This document shows positions 47,247 through 60,508 of a DNA stretch of 64,000 bases, piece by piece. Below the pieces are notes generated by a model. It was not told the origin of the DNA. It searched no databases and saw nothing but the letters and a program-made list of their open reading frames with translations. Every line of letters begins with the position of its first letter. The stretch's first letter is position 1. Made by a program: the position numbers and the translations under genes. The stretch covers positions 12,028,001 through 12,092,000 of the forward strand of contig NC_043007.1 of assembly GCF_006345805.1 (NCBI RefSeq). Direction: 5' to 3'. The stretch is from Octopus sinensis. Lineage: Eukaryota.

Positions 47247-47744
47247 AGTGTTATCATGTACATTGTTTTGTCTTGATATAAAAGATGGGCTACAGCAAAT
47301 ATTCTGCTCAATGCCACAGATTTGCTTGTCAGTTGTTTCACCTTAACACGTTGAGCATGTCCCTTAGTGGCTGACGATATGTGCATCTCTGATCATGAGC
47401 AGAAGTAGTGGGGGAGCATCATAGCCATGTGTTGAGAGGGATTCTTTGGGGTTTGAATAATTCACCTCTGGAAACATAGGTGTTTCATTCAACATCCTTA
47501 AACAACCCTTAATCAGAGACCTTTTGAGTGAGTTGGGTTACCTGACCAGAAGAAAATTCTAACTGGGCCCCACCTGCAAGGTCATGTGCTGTTTATCTTG
47601 ATATGAGATCACCATGTCGCACACATATGGTTGTGATGCATGTGCCTGGTGTACCCTTATCAGACGGGTAGTCATGATGGGTATACTGGGCTTCGTATAT
47701 TTTACCCCAGTGTCACTTTGATGGCATGCACTGCTCTCTCACTC
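47247..47744 (+). mobile_element. Non-coding ~500-bp element inserted in an (AAT)n microsatellite
   Basis: More GC-rich than its flanks, with (AAT)n on both sides (47185-47246, 47745-47788); no ORF recognised. Confidence 0.6.
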
Positions 47745-47789
<45 letters not shown>

Positions 47790-48746
47790 TTATTCCTGAC
47801 TTCAACTATCATTGAGGAACACAAACAATATGTGTGCTGATGGAGATTTCAATAAGGTAGTTGTTAAAGATGATTGTTTGGTCAAACAGAAGAAACAATT
47901 GTAAGTCTATGTAAGAAATATAACCATAAATTAACCATGTATAAAGTTTATAGATTACAAAGTTATATTAATTACATAAATAATTCATTCACTTTCATTT
48001 CATTTGTCAATTTAATAAATCTATTAGCATTTGAGAAAGGAATTCACTGAAAATTAACTGAATACAATTGTGCTTTCGTCTTCCAATGGATATACATAAA
48101 AAAGGTGAACAACTTATAACTCGCAACAGCAGGTTTAGTATATAATATGATACTGCACTGCGACAAGACAACCTTGAAACAATGAGGTTGAACATAGATT
48201 GAACATAATAATTATATGGTTTTTAAGAGATACTCATATTCTCATGCATACATACAAAGTTGTTTGTATGTTTGCGTATCACAGAATCCTAGTCGTATCT
48301 TCTTAGTTGAAAGCTTTTCTTTTTCTTTTTCTTTTCAATGTAAATCTGCCGCTTAAATTTTTTAAAGTATTTCTTGTGTATTTTTTAAGTATTTCTTGAC
48401 ACATAGTTTTTTAAGTCAAGTAATAACTATTCTTCATTTCAATCATTTGTTCCCATTAGTCGTGGAGTAAGTTTGGAAAGGACACAATCTTTCCAAAATA
48501 GAAAAAGAAATAAAATTAAATTAAATTTTCAAACGTTTGAAATAAAATACATCTTATATTGGATTATTCAAATCCAAAGAAGGAAATAAAATATATTTTT
48601 TACATCGCTGTAAAAACAATTTCAGAGCTGTACCTGTCTAGCAAGAGACTTGACCTGATCTGAGACTGTATGTTGAAATTGAAGCATCTACAACATCAAA
48701 GAGCTATTTAATATAACATACAGCTTTGAATCTAAATTTATTTCAA

Positions 48747-49188
48747 TAGGCGCAAGTATGGTTGTGTAGTTAGAAGTTTGCTTCCTACCACATAGTTTCA
48801 GGTTCACTTCTGCTGCATGGCACCTTGGGCAAGTGTCTTCTACAATAGCTCTGGGCTAACCAAAGCTTTGTGAGAATATTTGGATAATGGAAACTGAAAG
48901 AAGCCAGCTGTACATCTTTATATAAAAATGTGTGTGTATGTGTATGTGCGTGTCCTCATCTTGACATCATGTGATGGTTTCAAACGAACCTCACTGTCAT
49001 ACAAGCAGTCATTTGTTTCCAATCCTTTGTGAAAACACATCAGGCCAATGGGGAAATATTCCCCTACCTGAAAACAGGTGAGGCTTAGCAACAGGAAGGG
49101 CAACCAGCCATAGAAAATCTGCCTCAACAGGTAAGCCTGGAAAAGTGACCCATGCGAGCTTGGAAAAGTGGACCTTAAAATGATGAGG
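48747..49188 (+). mobile_element. SINE with family A head/core and RTE-type tail
   Basis: TAGGCGCAAGTATGG...TTGGGCAAGTGTCTTC head; tail AGGAAGGGCAACCAGCC...CCCATGCGAGCTTGGAAAAGTGGACCTTAAAATGATGAG. Confidence 0.72.
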
Positions 49189-50138
49189 AAAAAGATGTAT
49201 GAAAACTTTCATCAGTGACCAGGTTGCAGTCACATGACAAAGCTTTTGGTAACCCATGAAATAAATTTATATTTAACCATGAATTTAATAGCTTTGTATA
49301 ATTAAATGATGTAGTTTCTTTTAGAACAGAAATTATTTTTTAAAAAAACTTTACAATAATTACTCTTTGGTGGCATTTTGAATAAATGTTCTCAAATTAA
49401 AGTCAAAATGACACCTTTTATAAAAATGGTTTTGCAGTTCTTTCGTAAATTACAGTTCAGTACAAACTGAAAACAAATAATAAGTGAAAATAAAAATATA
49501 TAAGCATTAAAGATCAGTCAATTTTCTTTTACTTTTTAATTTGTTGGATGTTGAAGAGGTGTATATTTAATCTATTTAAGTATGGTTCACTTTGAAATGT
49601 GTTTAACTAGAAAATCTATTTTAAATAAAACATTGCATGTAAGTTTCAGAGCTACCTATGTTCACCTTAACAATATCTTCGTAATTACTAATTACTGACA
49701 ATAAATTCATTTGTTCACTACAATTATACATGTAACAAATATATAACTGAGGTTATGGTGGTGGTGATGGTATTGGTGGTGATGGTAACAGATTTCCATT
49801 GCTTAATTGAATTACCTCTATCTGAATCAACATATACGTGAATAAGCATTCCACAGGTACATACCTGTACCTGTACCTTTAATGTAATTCTGAAGTAGGA
49901 ACAGCATGACACAGTGTGTGACAAGGCTGTACAATCCACTAGGCAGGTTTCTGTACAGTTTCCATTTACCTGGTTTCACTCACAAGGTATCGGTCAAACC
50001 AAGGCTATAAAAAAAAATTATATTTGCCCATGATGTTAAAGAGTGAGTTCAAACCTTAGAGCTTCTGGTTATGAAGAGAACTTCTTAACTATTTGGTTAT
50101 ATAGTCCCAATAAATATATAACTACAAATCTCCTAAAG

Positions 50139-50220
<82 letters not shown>

Positions 50221-50585
50221 GATAGTAATACATTTCTGTTTTGATGTTATGATAATTTAGAATGAACACAGATATTTAAATGGTGATGTTTTCTCATTTC
50301 ATCCTAAGGTGTTAGTTTTATAAGAAATGTCTATTTTCATTAGAAAATAGAAAAACAACTAGATGATGTTAATCAGAGTAATAATTATAATAATCATAAT
50401 TACTGTCATTATCATATATTACATTCCTGCTTTTAATATCAACTCTTCTGTGATAGAATATTAATGAGCTTGCCAAATTGTCATTATAAATCAGTTTTTG
50501 ATAATTAGTGATACACAAATATACATACATACATACATACATACATACATACATACATACATACACATATATATATATATATATA

Positions 50586-50763
50586 TAAAAAATTTTTTAC
50601 TTACAAAATTTAGAGGATTGACCACAAAAAAAATGGACAGCCTATATACTAGATATAGACGTCAAATTCATGGAAAATGGTGATTTTGACATCTATATCT
50701 AGCATATAGGCTGTCCATTTTTAGTGGTCAGTCCTCTAAATTTTGTATGTAAAGCAATTTTTA
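50586..50763. repeat. Palindrome, about 85-bp arms, 10-bp spacer (MITE-like)
   Basis: GGACAGCCTATATACTAGATATAGACGTCAAA pairs with TTTGACATCTATATCTAGCATATAGGCTGTCC. Confidence 0.88.
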
Positions 50764-50832
50764 ATCTTCGGATTTTTTTAAAATATGCTAGGCCACTGGT
50801 TTTAATTGATTAATATCAATTTCTACCCTTAT

Positions 50833-50872
<40 letters not shown>

Positions 50873-51543
50873 GCACGAACTCATACACACATATGTATGT
50901 GTATATAAATGCAAATATATGAGTGTGTATGTGTCTGTGCATATGCACACACACACACACACACACACAGTCATGGGAATATACACAAACCCAAAATACC
51001 TAAGAGAAATTATAAGTTTAATCTTCAGCTGGAATAATATTAGAAAGGAGATTTTTAATGTTACAATCACTCTCTCTCTCTCTCTTTCTCTTTCTCTTTC
51101 CCTCTCTTACTCTTTCTCTTTCCCTGTCTCCCACATCTCCCTCTCTCATTCTCTCCCTCCCTTTCTTGATGTTTAAACCATTTGAATAAATATAATCATT
51201 CATCTTGTACAACAAGAACTGAAGCATTTAACATTTACTTAATCAAAGTTAGGTTCAATTTACAGAACGAAGATTATTCAAATATATTTATTTTTATCAC
51301 CTCATAAGCTACATAATACCGTTTCTTACATAAGCTCTTATTTTGTTTTACTAATATGGACTGTTAGATTATCTTTTTCACACGGATGATATTATATAGT
51401 GAACCAACTTCAAAAACCAACGTTGTACTTTATGGCTAAAATCAAAATAAAGAATAATGATTGAACACAGAACACCACTGCACATTTTAAACGGTTATAC
51501 TACTATATTTTTCACAGCAAGATAAATCTCTTGCTTTGAAAAT

Positions 51544-51577
<34 letters not shown>

Positions 51578-52133
51578 CTATAAGTTGACTTAAAAATCTT
51601 TTACTTTGTGACAAGAATGGATTATTTAAATCACAAGAAATAAATAACCTGGTATTTTGTGGTCAGTTTGTTAGAAGGAACCATATGCTGTGTGAAATAA
51701 TCCAGCAGGATTATCTAAACATCAAAGACCAAATTGTTAATGTATTACACCATACGTTGCACCAAAAACCAACACAAAAATCAAATAATATTAAACACAC
51801 AAACCTAAAGATTTCTTTCATCGGTTAAGTTACAAATGGAGTTGGAACAGTTATTGCTTACACCACTGTTGGGGTTAAAACTTAAAAATTATAAGAATAT
51901 AATTAAACAAAGGTAGTGCTCCAGCATGGCCGCAGTCAAACGACCGAAACAAGTAAAAGTATATGCATAATGTTTTCAATATTTTCATAACAACAGCATT
52001 TTAGTGAATTGCAATTTAAAATTGAACATATTACCAATCAGTTTAATTACTAGTTTCAGGGTGTTTCTAAGGAACTAAGTTTTTGGCAGTTCTATACAGA
52101 AGTGTATCTATGCATAACTAACAATCATCAACA

Positions 52134-52477
52134 CAGTAAACTCTCAATTTAATGGACTGAACAGGGAAGAAAGTGCTTTCATTAATACCATATGTCCATT
52201 AAACTGAAGTTAACATAGGGGCCATTTTTTAATGCTTTTGATGTAAAAAAAGCCTTGAATACAAGATACATTATTTGATACAATATATATATATATACAC
52301 TAAATTATTAAATTATACAACAATTTTCTATTAAATTGTAACAAAAAATATGTAATTTTTATTTCATTTTTTGACAGAGTAGTTGTGTATTTTGCTGAAA
52401 CCATAGTGGTAGCACAGATTTGTATAACTATTATCCAATCCGTTAAATCCAAAATCCATTAACATGAGAATTTATTG
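52134..52477. mobile_element. Degenerate pogo/Tc1-type MITE
   Basis: CAGTAAACTCTCAATTTAATGGA versus the reverse complement of TCCATTAACATGAGAATTTATTG. Confidence 0.45.
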
Positions 52478-53084
52478 CATTTATAAAAATTTAAACCAGA
52501 GTTTAAAACCCTGTTTTAATTGTACTGATGAAATATAATTCCTTATATATTATATTTTCTCTATAAATTCTATTTAGTTAAAAAAAAAAAAAAAGGTGTT
52601 TTTCATTAATTTAATGTGAAACATGTGTTGTAAAAAATATTTGATATTTGTAATATCTAAAAGCCTGATGAAATAATAAATGAAATAATTATTTATTTGT
52701 AAACTGGGAATATGTAAACACATAGCCACGCATTTCTGGGGGAAATACACAGTCGATAAGATCAACCACAGTACTTCACTGGTAATTTTATCATCAACAT
52801 TGATGCTAGACAGTAAAATTAATGCTATTAGAATCTGAACGATATGAAGAAAAAAAAAACAACAAAAAACCCACAAAGTATTTTGTCTGATGCTCTACCA
52901 ATCCATCAACCTGTAAAATTCAAATACTATTCTAGGATTCAAGTGATATTTTGTAAATTACAACTGAAGCTTCTTTATGCAATCACTATCCTAGGCCCAG
53001 CTGACTCACACACAAGGGCAGATCATAGAATCCCTACTGCCTGAGTAGGCTACAGCCTATTTGTGTTCCTTTCATCTTATTTAA

Positions 53085-53305
53085 CCCTTTTATTACCAGC
53101 CCAGCTGAAACCGCTTCTAGCTCTGTAGTACAAATGTCTTATTTTCATAAGTTTTGAATTAAAATCTTCCACTAAACCTTAGTCACAATTTATGTTCCTT
53201 ACACTAATTTAATGATAACCAAGTTATTTTACTAAATTCTTTGTTGTATTTAAAGTAATTGAAAGAAACACAGAGTATCTCAAAATAAATACAGTAACAA
53301 AAGGG
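53085..53305. mobile_element. piggyBac-type MITE
   Basis: TTAA|CCCTTT...GTAACAAAAGGG|TTAA. Confidence 0.85.
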
Positions 53306-53336
53306 TTAAAATATATAATAGAGAAACCATTCTTAA

Positions 53337-53557
53337 CCCTTTTGATACCAACCTAGCTGAAGTTGTTTCTGGCTCTGTAGTACAAATGTCTTGTTTTCAT
53401 AAGTTTTGAATTAAAATCTTCCACCAAACCTTAGTAACAATTTATGTTCCTAACACTAGCTTAATGATAACCAAGTTATTTTACTAAATTCTTTGTTATA
53501 TTTAAAGTAATTGAAAGTAACACAGAGTATCTCAAAATAAATACAGTAACAAAAGGA
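53337..53557. mobile_element. piggyBac-type MITE, second copy
   Basis: Own TTAA flanks, same 221-bp length, diverged from the first copy. Confidence 0.85.
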
Positions 53558-53963
53558 TTAACCTCTCTAGTTCCAGATAAGAATCATCACCATCTCTCTC
53601 TCATGTTCTTCCCCCTGTCACAAGTACCCCCTTAGACCCAGTACACTCTGTGAAGTGGTTGGCTTTAGAAAGGGCATCCAGCCATAGAAGCCAGTTCAAA
53701 GTAAACACTACAGTATGGCACAGCCCTCCAACCCATTCAAGCTTGTCAAACAATTCAACCCAGGCCATCTAGCTGCAGGTATAGCTGTGTAGTTGAAAAC
53801 TTGGCTTCCCAACCACATGGTTCCAGGTTCAGTCCCACTGTGTAGTATTCAAGACATGACTCTTCTACAAAAGCCCCCTAAGCCAACAGAATCATTGTAA
53901 GTGGATTTGGTAAATTGAAACTGAGAGAAGATGATTGCATGTATACCTATATATAAGTAAAGG

Positions 53964-54015
<52 letters not shown>

Positions 54016-54016
<1 letters not shown>

Positions 54017-54282
54017 CTATTGAGTCAAGTACATCAACATCAACATCAAAATAAATATCAAATGGAAATTGTAGTTGTGATACCTGTGCCAGTGGCAAGT
54101 AAAAAGCACCATCTGAACGTGGCCAATGCCAGCACTGCCTTGACTGGCTTCTGTGCCGGTGGCACATAAAAACCACCCACTACACTCATGGAGCCTGGTG
54201 CAACCTCCTGGCTTCCCAGACCATGGTTGAACCGTCCAACCCATGCTAGCATGGAAAACGAACGTTAAACAATGATGATGAT
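54016..54282 (+). mobile_element. RTE LINE 3' end, internally deleted
   Basis: GACCTATTGAGTCAAG...CCCATGCTAGCATGGAAAACG...(GAT)n. Confidence 0.75.
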
Positions 54283-54287
54283 AGATA

Positions 54288-55333
54288 TATGTGTGTGTGT
54301 GTGTGTATGTGGGCATGTGTGTGTGTATGCTTCCTTATCCTGACATCACATATTAGTTTTAAAGGAAGATCAGTCATACGAGCTGCGTTATTTATTTCCA
54401 ATGGCCAGTGAGAACATGTCAGGAAATAGGAAGATATTAACTTGCTTGGAAAGAAGTGAGGGCTGGCAACAGAAGGGGCATCTAACCATAGAGAATCTGC
54501 CTCAAGGAATTTTGCCTGACCCATGCAAGCATGGAAAAGGGGATGTTACAATGATAACGATAATTATGAGGATGCATATGTATATATATATATATATATA
54601 TACAAACACACAGATATATGTATATATGTATATATATATATATATTTATGTAATACACACACATATATATATATATATATAATGTGTGTGTTTGCATGTG
54701 GCCTAATGGTTAAGTGTGTTGGTCTCGTGGTCATGAGATAAAGGGCTCAATTCCTGGACGTGGTGTCACATGCAAGTCTTCAGTTCACACTGCTCATCTC
54801 TACTCAGCCTGAAAATGAATACCAGCCAATTGCTGGTGCAGCATTCTCTTTCAGAACTGTCAAATCCTAAATGTTCCACAAGGTCAAGGGAAGTAGGGCC
54901 AAAAAGGTGCTTAAGTCTACCTGAAACTACATAAAGATTGAACTATTACCAACAATGTGGCACAAGCCACAAGCTCATACTTGTATGTGAGTGGTTTTAT
55001 CATGATGTAATTGGTTTATTCATCTATAACAAATGCACCTGAAACAGCTGTAGTAAACCCCAACTCATTTGTCTTCTTTCTTTATATATATACATACACA
55101 CACATATATATATATGTGTGTTCAGATGGGTTTGTATAGCTTACCATTTCAAGATCTGCCTATCATGCGTGAAATGCTACTCAAACCCATCTGTTTACTA
55201 CATTATCTGAACATGAAACTTGAAGTAGCTCACGTAAAACTTTTGTATTCATTAAATGATATATTTTCTCCCACTGGATTGATTACTTTTTTGGTTATCT
55301 TGCCAACAAAACAATACATTTGTATGTATGCAA

Positions 55334-55365
<32 letters not shown>

Positions 55366-56430
55366 ATGTGGGCATGTGTGTGTGTATGCTTCCTTATCCT
55401 GACATCACATATTAGTTTTAAAGGAAGATCAGTCATACGAGCTGCGTTATTTATTTCCAATGGCCAGTGAGAACATGTCAGGAAATAGGAAGATATTAAC
55501 TTGCTTGGAAAGAAGTGAGGGCTGGCAACAGAAGGGGCATCTAACCATAGAGAATCTGCCTCAAGGAATTTTGCCTGACCCATGCAAGCATGGAAAAGGG
55601 GATGTTACAATGATAACGATAATTATGAGGATGCATATGTATATATATATATATATATATACAAACACACAGATATATGTATATATGTATATATATATAT
55701 ATATATATTTATGTAATACACACACATATATATATATATATAATGTGTGTGTTTGCATGTGGCCTAATGGTTAAGTGTGTTGGTCTCGTGGTCATGAGAT
55801 AAAGGTCTCAATTCCTGGACCTGGTGTCACATGCAAGTCTTCAGTTCACACTGCTCATCTCTACTCAGCCTGAAAATGAATACCAGCCAATTGCTGGTGC
55901 AGCATTCTCTTTCAGAACTGTCAAATCCTAAATGTTCCACAAGGTCAAGGGAAGTAGGGCCAAAAAGGTGCTTAAGTCTACCTGAAACTACATAAAGATT
56001 GAACTATTACCAACAATGTGGCACAAGCCACAAGCTCATACTTGTATGTGAGTGGTTTTATCATGATGTAATTGGTTTATTCATCTATAACAAATGCACC
56101 TGAAACAGCTGTAGTAAACCCCAACTCATTTGTCTTCTTTCTTTATATATATATACATACACACACATATATATATATGTGTGTTCAGATGGGTTTGTAT
56201 AGCTTACCATTTCAAGATCTGCCTATCATGCGTGAAATGCTACTCAAACCCATCTGTTTACTACATTATCTGAACATGAAACTTGAAGTAGCTCACGTAA
56301 AACTTTTGTATTCATTAAATGATATATTTTCTCCCACTGGATTGATTACTTTTTTGGTTATCTTGCCAACAAACAAACAATACATCTGTATCTATGCAAA
56401 TATATATATATATGTGTGTGTGTGTGTGTA
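54288..56430. repeat. 1059-bp tandem segmental duplication
   Basis: TTCCTTATCC at 54331 and 55390; near-identical units bounded by (TA)n(GT)n; contains an A/RTE SINE body and a V-type SINE head. Confidence 0.95.
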
Positions 56431-56633
56431 TGTGTGTGTGTGTGCATACATATATATACAAATATGCATACATATATAAACTCACACACATGTATATAGT
56501 TAAATATACATGTGAAATATACATGCATATATGAGTGTGTGTGTGAGTATGTGTATGTGTTTCTCTTTCTGTCTCCTTGTATATATATATATTTCTCTCT
56601 CTCACCCTCTCTATCTATCTATCTATCTATCTA

Positions 56634-56667
<34 letters not shown>

Positions 56668-56998
56668 AATATACATAGATACATACATAGCATCATACCA
56701 TACAAGCACAACAAACTCTTAATAGAAATATTTTGGTAATTCTCCAAATATTTACTTTGTATCTTTGTTGAATTTATTCCAATCTTACAAACAACACTCA
56801 GATTCTCAAAGAGCTCCTTGTTTGGATAATTTGGTAAATAACACTAAGAGCTGATGTAAACAGAAATTTATAACAATAATAATAATAATAATAATAATAA
56901 TAGTTATAACATTGCCAGTTCCATATAAAAATTATATATTCATTCATTTTATCGCCTTGGTTTTCTCCACACATAAATATTAATGAATATTTTTTAGT

Positions 56999-57295
56999 TC
57001 TTTACTCTTTTACTTGTTTCAGTCATTTGACTGTGGCCATGCTGGAGCACCACCTTTAGTCAAGGAAATCTACCCCAGGATTTATTGTTTGTAAGCCTAG
57101 TACTTATTCTATCGGTCTCTTTTTGTCGTATGACAGACTTCTTTCAGTTTCCATCCACCAAATCCATTCACAAGGTTTTGGTCAGCCTAAGGCTATAGTA
57201 GAAGACACTTGCCCAAGGTGCCACACAGTGGGACTGAACCCAGAACCATGTGGTTGGGAAGCAAGCTTCTTACCACACAGCCACTCCTGTGCCTA
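56999..57295 (-). mobile_element. SINE family A with internal deletion
   Basis: Head and tail joined at about 57125 without the central microsatellite region. Confidence 0.85.
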
Positions 57296-58314
57296 AATGC
57301 TAGTTTATTTCTTTCTTTATCTCTTTCTCTTCTCAAAGGAAACGGCTGTATCATTATGTCGCTTAATAACACACACTGATTATATATGGATATCATTCTT
57401 TTACTTCTGTGCTCTCTAGTGTGGAAGAAGACGCAACACAACAATCTCTCAGGTGCTGGGCCACAAGAAAATGCATGCCAAACACTCTTTAAAGTGGATA
57501 AGGTTAGCAAGGGCACCCTACTATAGAAATAAGGCCCAAAATGAAACTTATAAGCGAAGTATGGTCCCCTAACAGATCTCAGAGAACAGAAATCACCTAT
57601 CCAACCCATGCCAGCATGGAAAGTGGATATAGAATGATAACGATGATGATGATGATATATATGTGTGTATGTGTTTACATACATATATATATATATGTGT
57701 TTTATTATATGTATAGCTGTAATCTCTCTCTCTCTATATATATGTGTGTGTGTGTATGTATGTGTCTGTGTATGTATGTGTGTATGTATATACATATATA
57801 TACACATATATACATATTTAAATATATATATTCATATATATATATATATATGTATGTACATATTTATATATATATACTGGCAACTCTATGATAGATAAAA
57901 GTGTTAGGACAAGTATGCAACTAGCAGTTGACTGACAGTATTACTGGTATCAATATGACTAGCTTGGTAACAGGTGCTTTGCTCGTTGTTCTAAAAACTT
58001 GGCAGAGTCAATACAACATCAGAAAAAAACCCATGGTAGAATCTATTCTAGCACTGGTGTTCTAGGTTCAAATCCTGCTAATGTCAACTTTGTCTTTCAT
58101 CCTTCTGGGATCGGTAAATTAAGTGCTAGTGGCAGGCAATGGATTGCTGTAAATCTTAAAGCATCAGGCAGGATACCTAGTGGTGATTTTTCTGGGTCTT
58201 TGTGTTCTGAGCTCAAATCCCACCATGTCCTACTTGGGTGAGAGATTGAATCCATTGCTCAGTTTATACCATCATCTGGTACCTTGAGAGCCTTTAGCAG
58301 AATCCACTCTGTTG

Positions 58315-58838
58315 CTAGGTTCTGAGTTCAAATTCCGCCGAGGTCGATTTTGCCTTTCATCCTTTTGGGGTCGATTAAATAAGTACCAGTTATGCACTGG
58401 GGTCGATATAATTGACGTAATCTGTTTGTCTGTCCTTGATTGTCTTCTCTATGTTTAGACCCTTGTGGGTAATAAAGAAACAGATATATCATCTGCCGTT
58501 ACATTCTGAGTTCAAATTCCGCCGAGGTTAACTTTGCCTTTCATCCTTTCGGGGTCGATTAAATAAGTACCAGTTACACACTGGGATCGATGTAATCAAC
58601 TTAATCCCTTTGTCTGTCCTCTCTGTGTTTAGCCCCTTGTGGGTAGTAAAGAAATAGGTATTTCGTCTGCCGCTACGTTCTGAGTTCAAATTCCACCGAG
58701 GTTAACTTTGCCTTTCTTCCTTTCGGGGTCGATAAATTAAGTACCTGTTACGCACTGGGGTCGATATAATCGACTTAATCCATTTGTCTGTCCTTATTTG
58801 TCCCCTCTATGTTTAGACCCTTGTGCGCAATAAAGAAT
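58315..58838 (+). mobile_element. SINE family C tandem array, 3 units
   Basis: Junctions at about 58485 (degenerate) and 58659 (AAAGAAATAGG|TATTTCGTCTGCC). Confidence 0.88.
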
Positions 58839-59116
58839 TAAATTAATAGATTTGGTAATTAGTGTTTAGTTGGCAAGAGGCACAGTAATTGTTTAACTCC
58901 AGATAAACCCTGAGTGAGCAAACCCTTGACTGAATACTGTGACCTTCTTGTTTTGATTACCCAGGTGTAATGGGTCTTGGGCTTGCTTTTTGTAATATTT
59001 AGTTTTCGGGGGGGTGGGTTCCTTACATTACAACAGTTATATACAACATCGGAAAAAAACCCATTGTAGAATTTATTCTAGCACTGGTGTTCTGGGTTCA
59101 AATCCTGCTAAAGTCA

Positions 59117-59487
59117 ACGTAAAAAGCACCCACTATACTCTCAGAGTGATTGGTGTTAGGAAGGGCATCCAGCTGTAGAAACTCTGCCAGATCAAGATTG
59201 GAGCCTGATGCAGCCATCTGGTTCACCAGCCCACAGTCAAAATCGTCCAACCCATGCTAGCATGGAAAGTGGACGTTAAACGATGATAATGATGATGATA
59301 TACAAAATTAGAGAAAACAAATCTTTATAATTCATATCTTGTAATCATTTGGCATTAGGAAGGGCATCCAGCTGTAGAAACTCTGCCAGATCAGACTGGA
59401 GCCTGGTGCAGCCTCCTGGCTCCCCAGACCCTGGTCGAACCGTCCAACCCATGCTAGCATGGAAAACAGACGTTAAATGATGATGAT
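59117..59487 (+). mobile_element. Two RTE LINE 3' ends
   Basis: AGGAAGGGCATCCAGCTGTAGAAACTCTGCC...(GAT)n, present twice. Confidence 0.8.
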
Positions 59488-60089
59488 TTGTCACACCTCA
59501 GAGACATCTGACTCAGTTTTTAGAAACCGTTGCGGTGGATTTGAGTCAATGTGGCAGCAAAAATTTCTTACGAGGAATTTGGTATCTGTTCAGAACCCTC
59601 TCATAAGAATGGGCCTGGTTCCCAGCCATCAATTTGCACGTAGGAATGGTACAGATTAATATTGTGATTGGTTGTTATTTGTTTATGCTATCCAAGTCAC
59701 TTAGTTTTTTGTCAAACAATTTGCTGTCATTCGGGTAAAATGGTTGGTTATAAGATGGAAATTGAGCTGTAAAACAATCATGAAACCATGAAACATGTGA
59801 TTGAGATGGGGCCCTCTGACCCCTTTAGGAAAGGTAGTAACTCCAAATAAGGAATGAGTCAGGCAATCATGAACTGTCCAACCCATGCCAGCATGGAAAC
59901 AGGATGATGATGCCTATAGACATGCACAGATGTATAAAGTAAATAAATCTTAGATTCACTGACAAATATTCGGTTGTTCAATTAGTTGTGTGAACTCTTT
60001 GTGCTTTAAGTTCAAATCTAACATTGGTCAGCCTTGCTTTTAAAGTTTTCATGATTGCTAAATAAAACATTAGTCAGAATAATAGTGAT

Positions 60090-60508
60090 CGTTACCAGCT
60101 TCGCCTTACTGGCACTTGTGTGCTGAGCTAGTAGGGTGCTAAGAGCACCATCCGAGCGTGATCGTTGCCAGAGCGGCTAACTGGCTTCCGTGCTGGTGGC
60201 ATGTAAGAGGCACCATTCGAGCGTGATCATTACCAGCATCGCCTTACTGGCACCTGTGCTGGTGGCATGTGTAAAAAGATTCGAGCGAGGTCGTTTCCAG
60301 TACCGCCTGACTGGCCCCATGCCGGTGGCACGTAAAAGCACCCACTACACTCTCAGAGTGGTTGGCATTAGGAAGGGCATCCAGCTGTAGAAACTCTGCC
60401 AGATCAAGACTGGAGCCTGGTGTAGTCATCTGGTTCACCAGCCCTCAGTCAAACCGTCCAACCCATACTAGCATGGAAAGCGGACGTTAAACAATGATGA
60501 TGATGATG
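60090..60508 (+). mobile_element. RTE LINE 3' end with 3'UTR minisatellite
   Basis: Repeated ACCAGC..CGCCTTACTGGCAC units, then the conserved tail. Confidence 0.8.
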
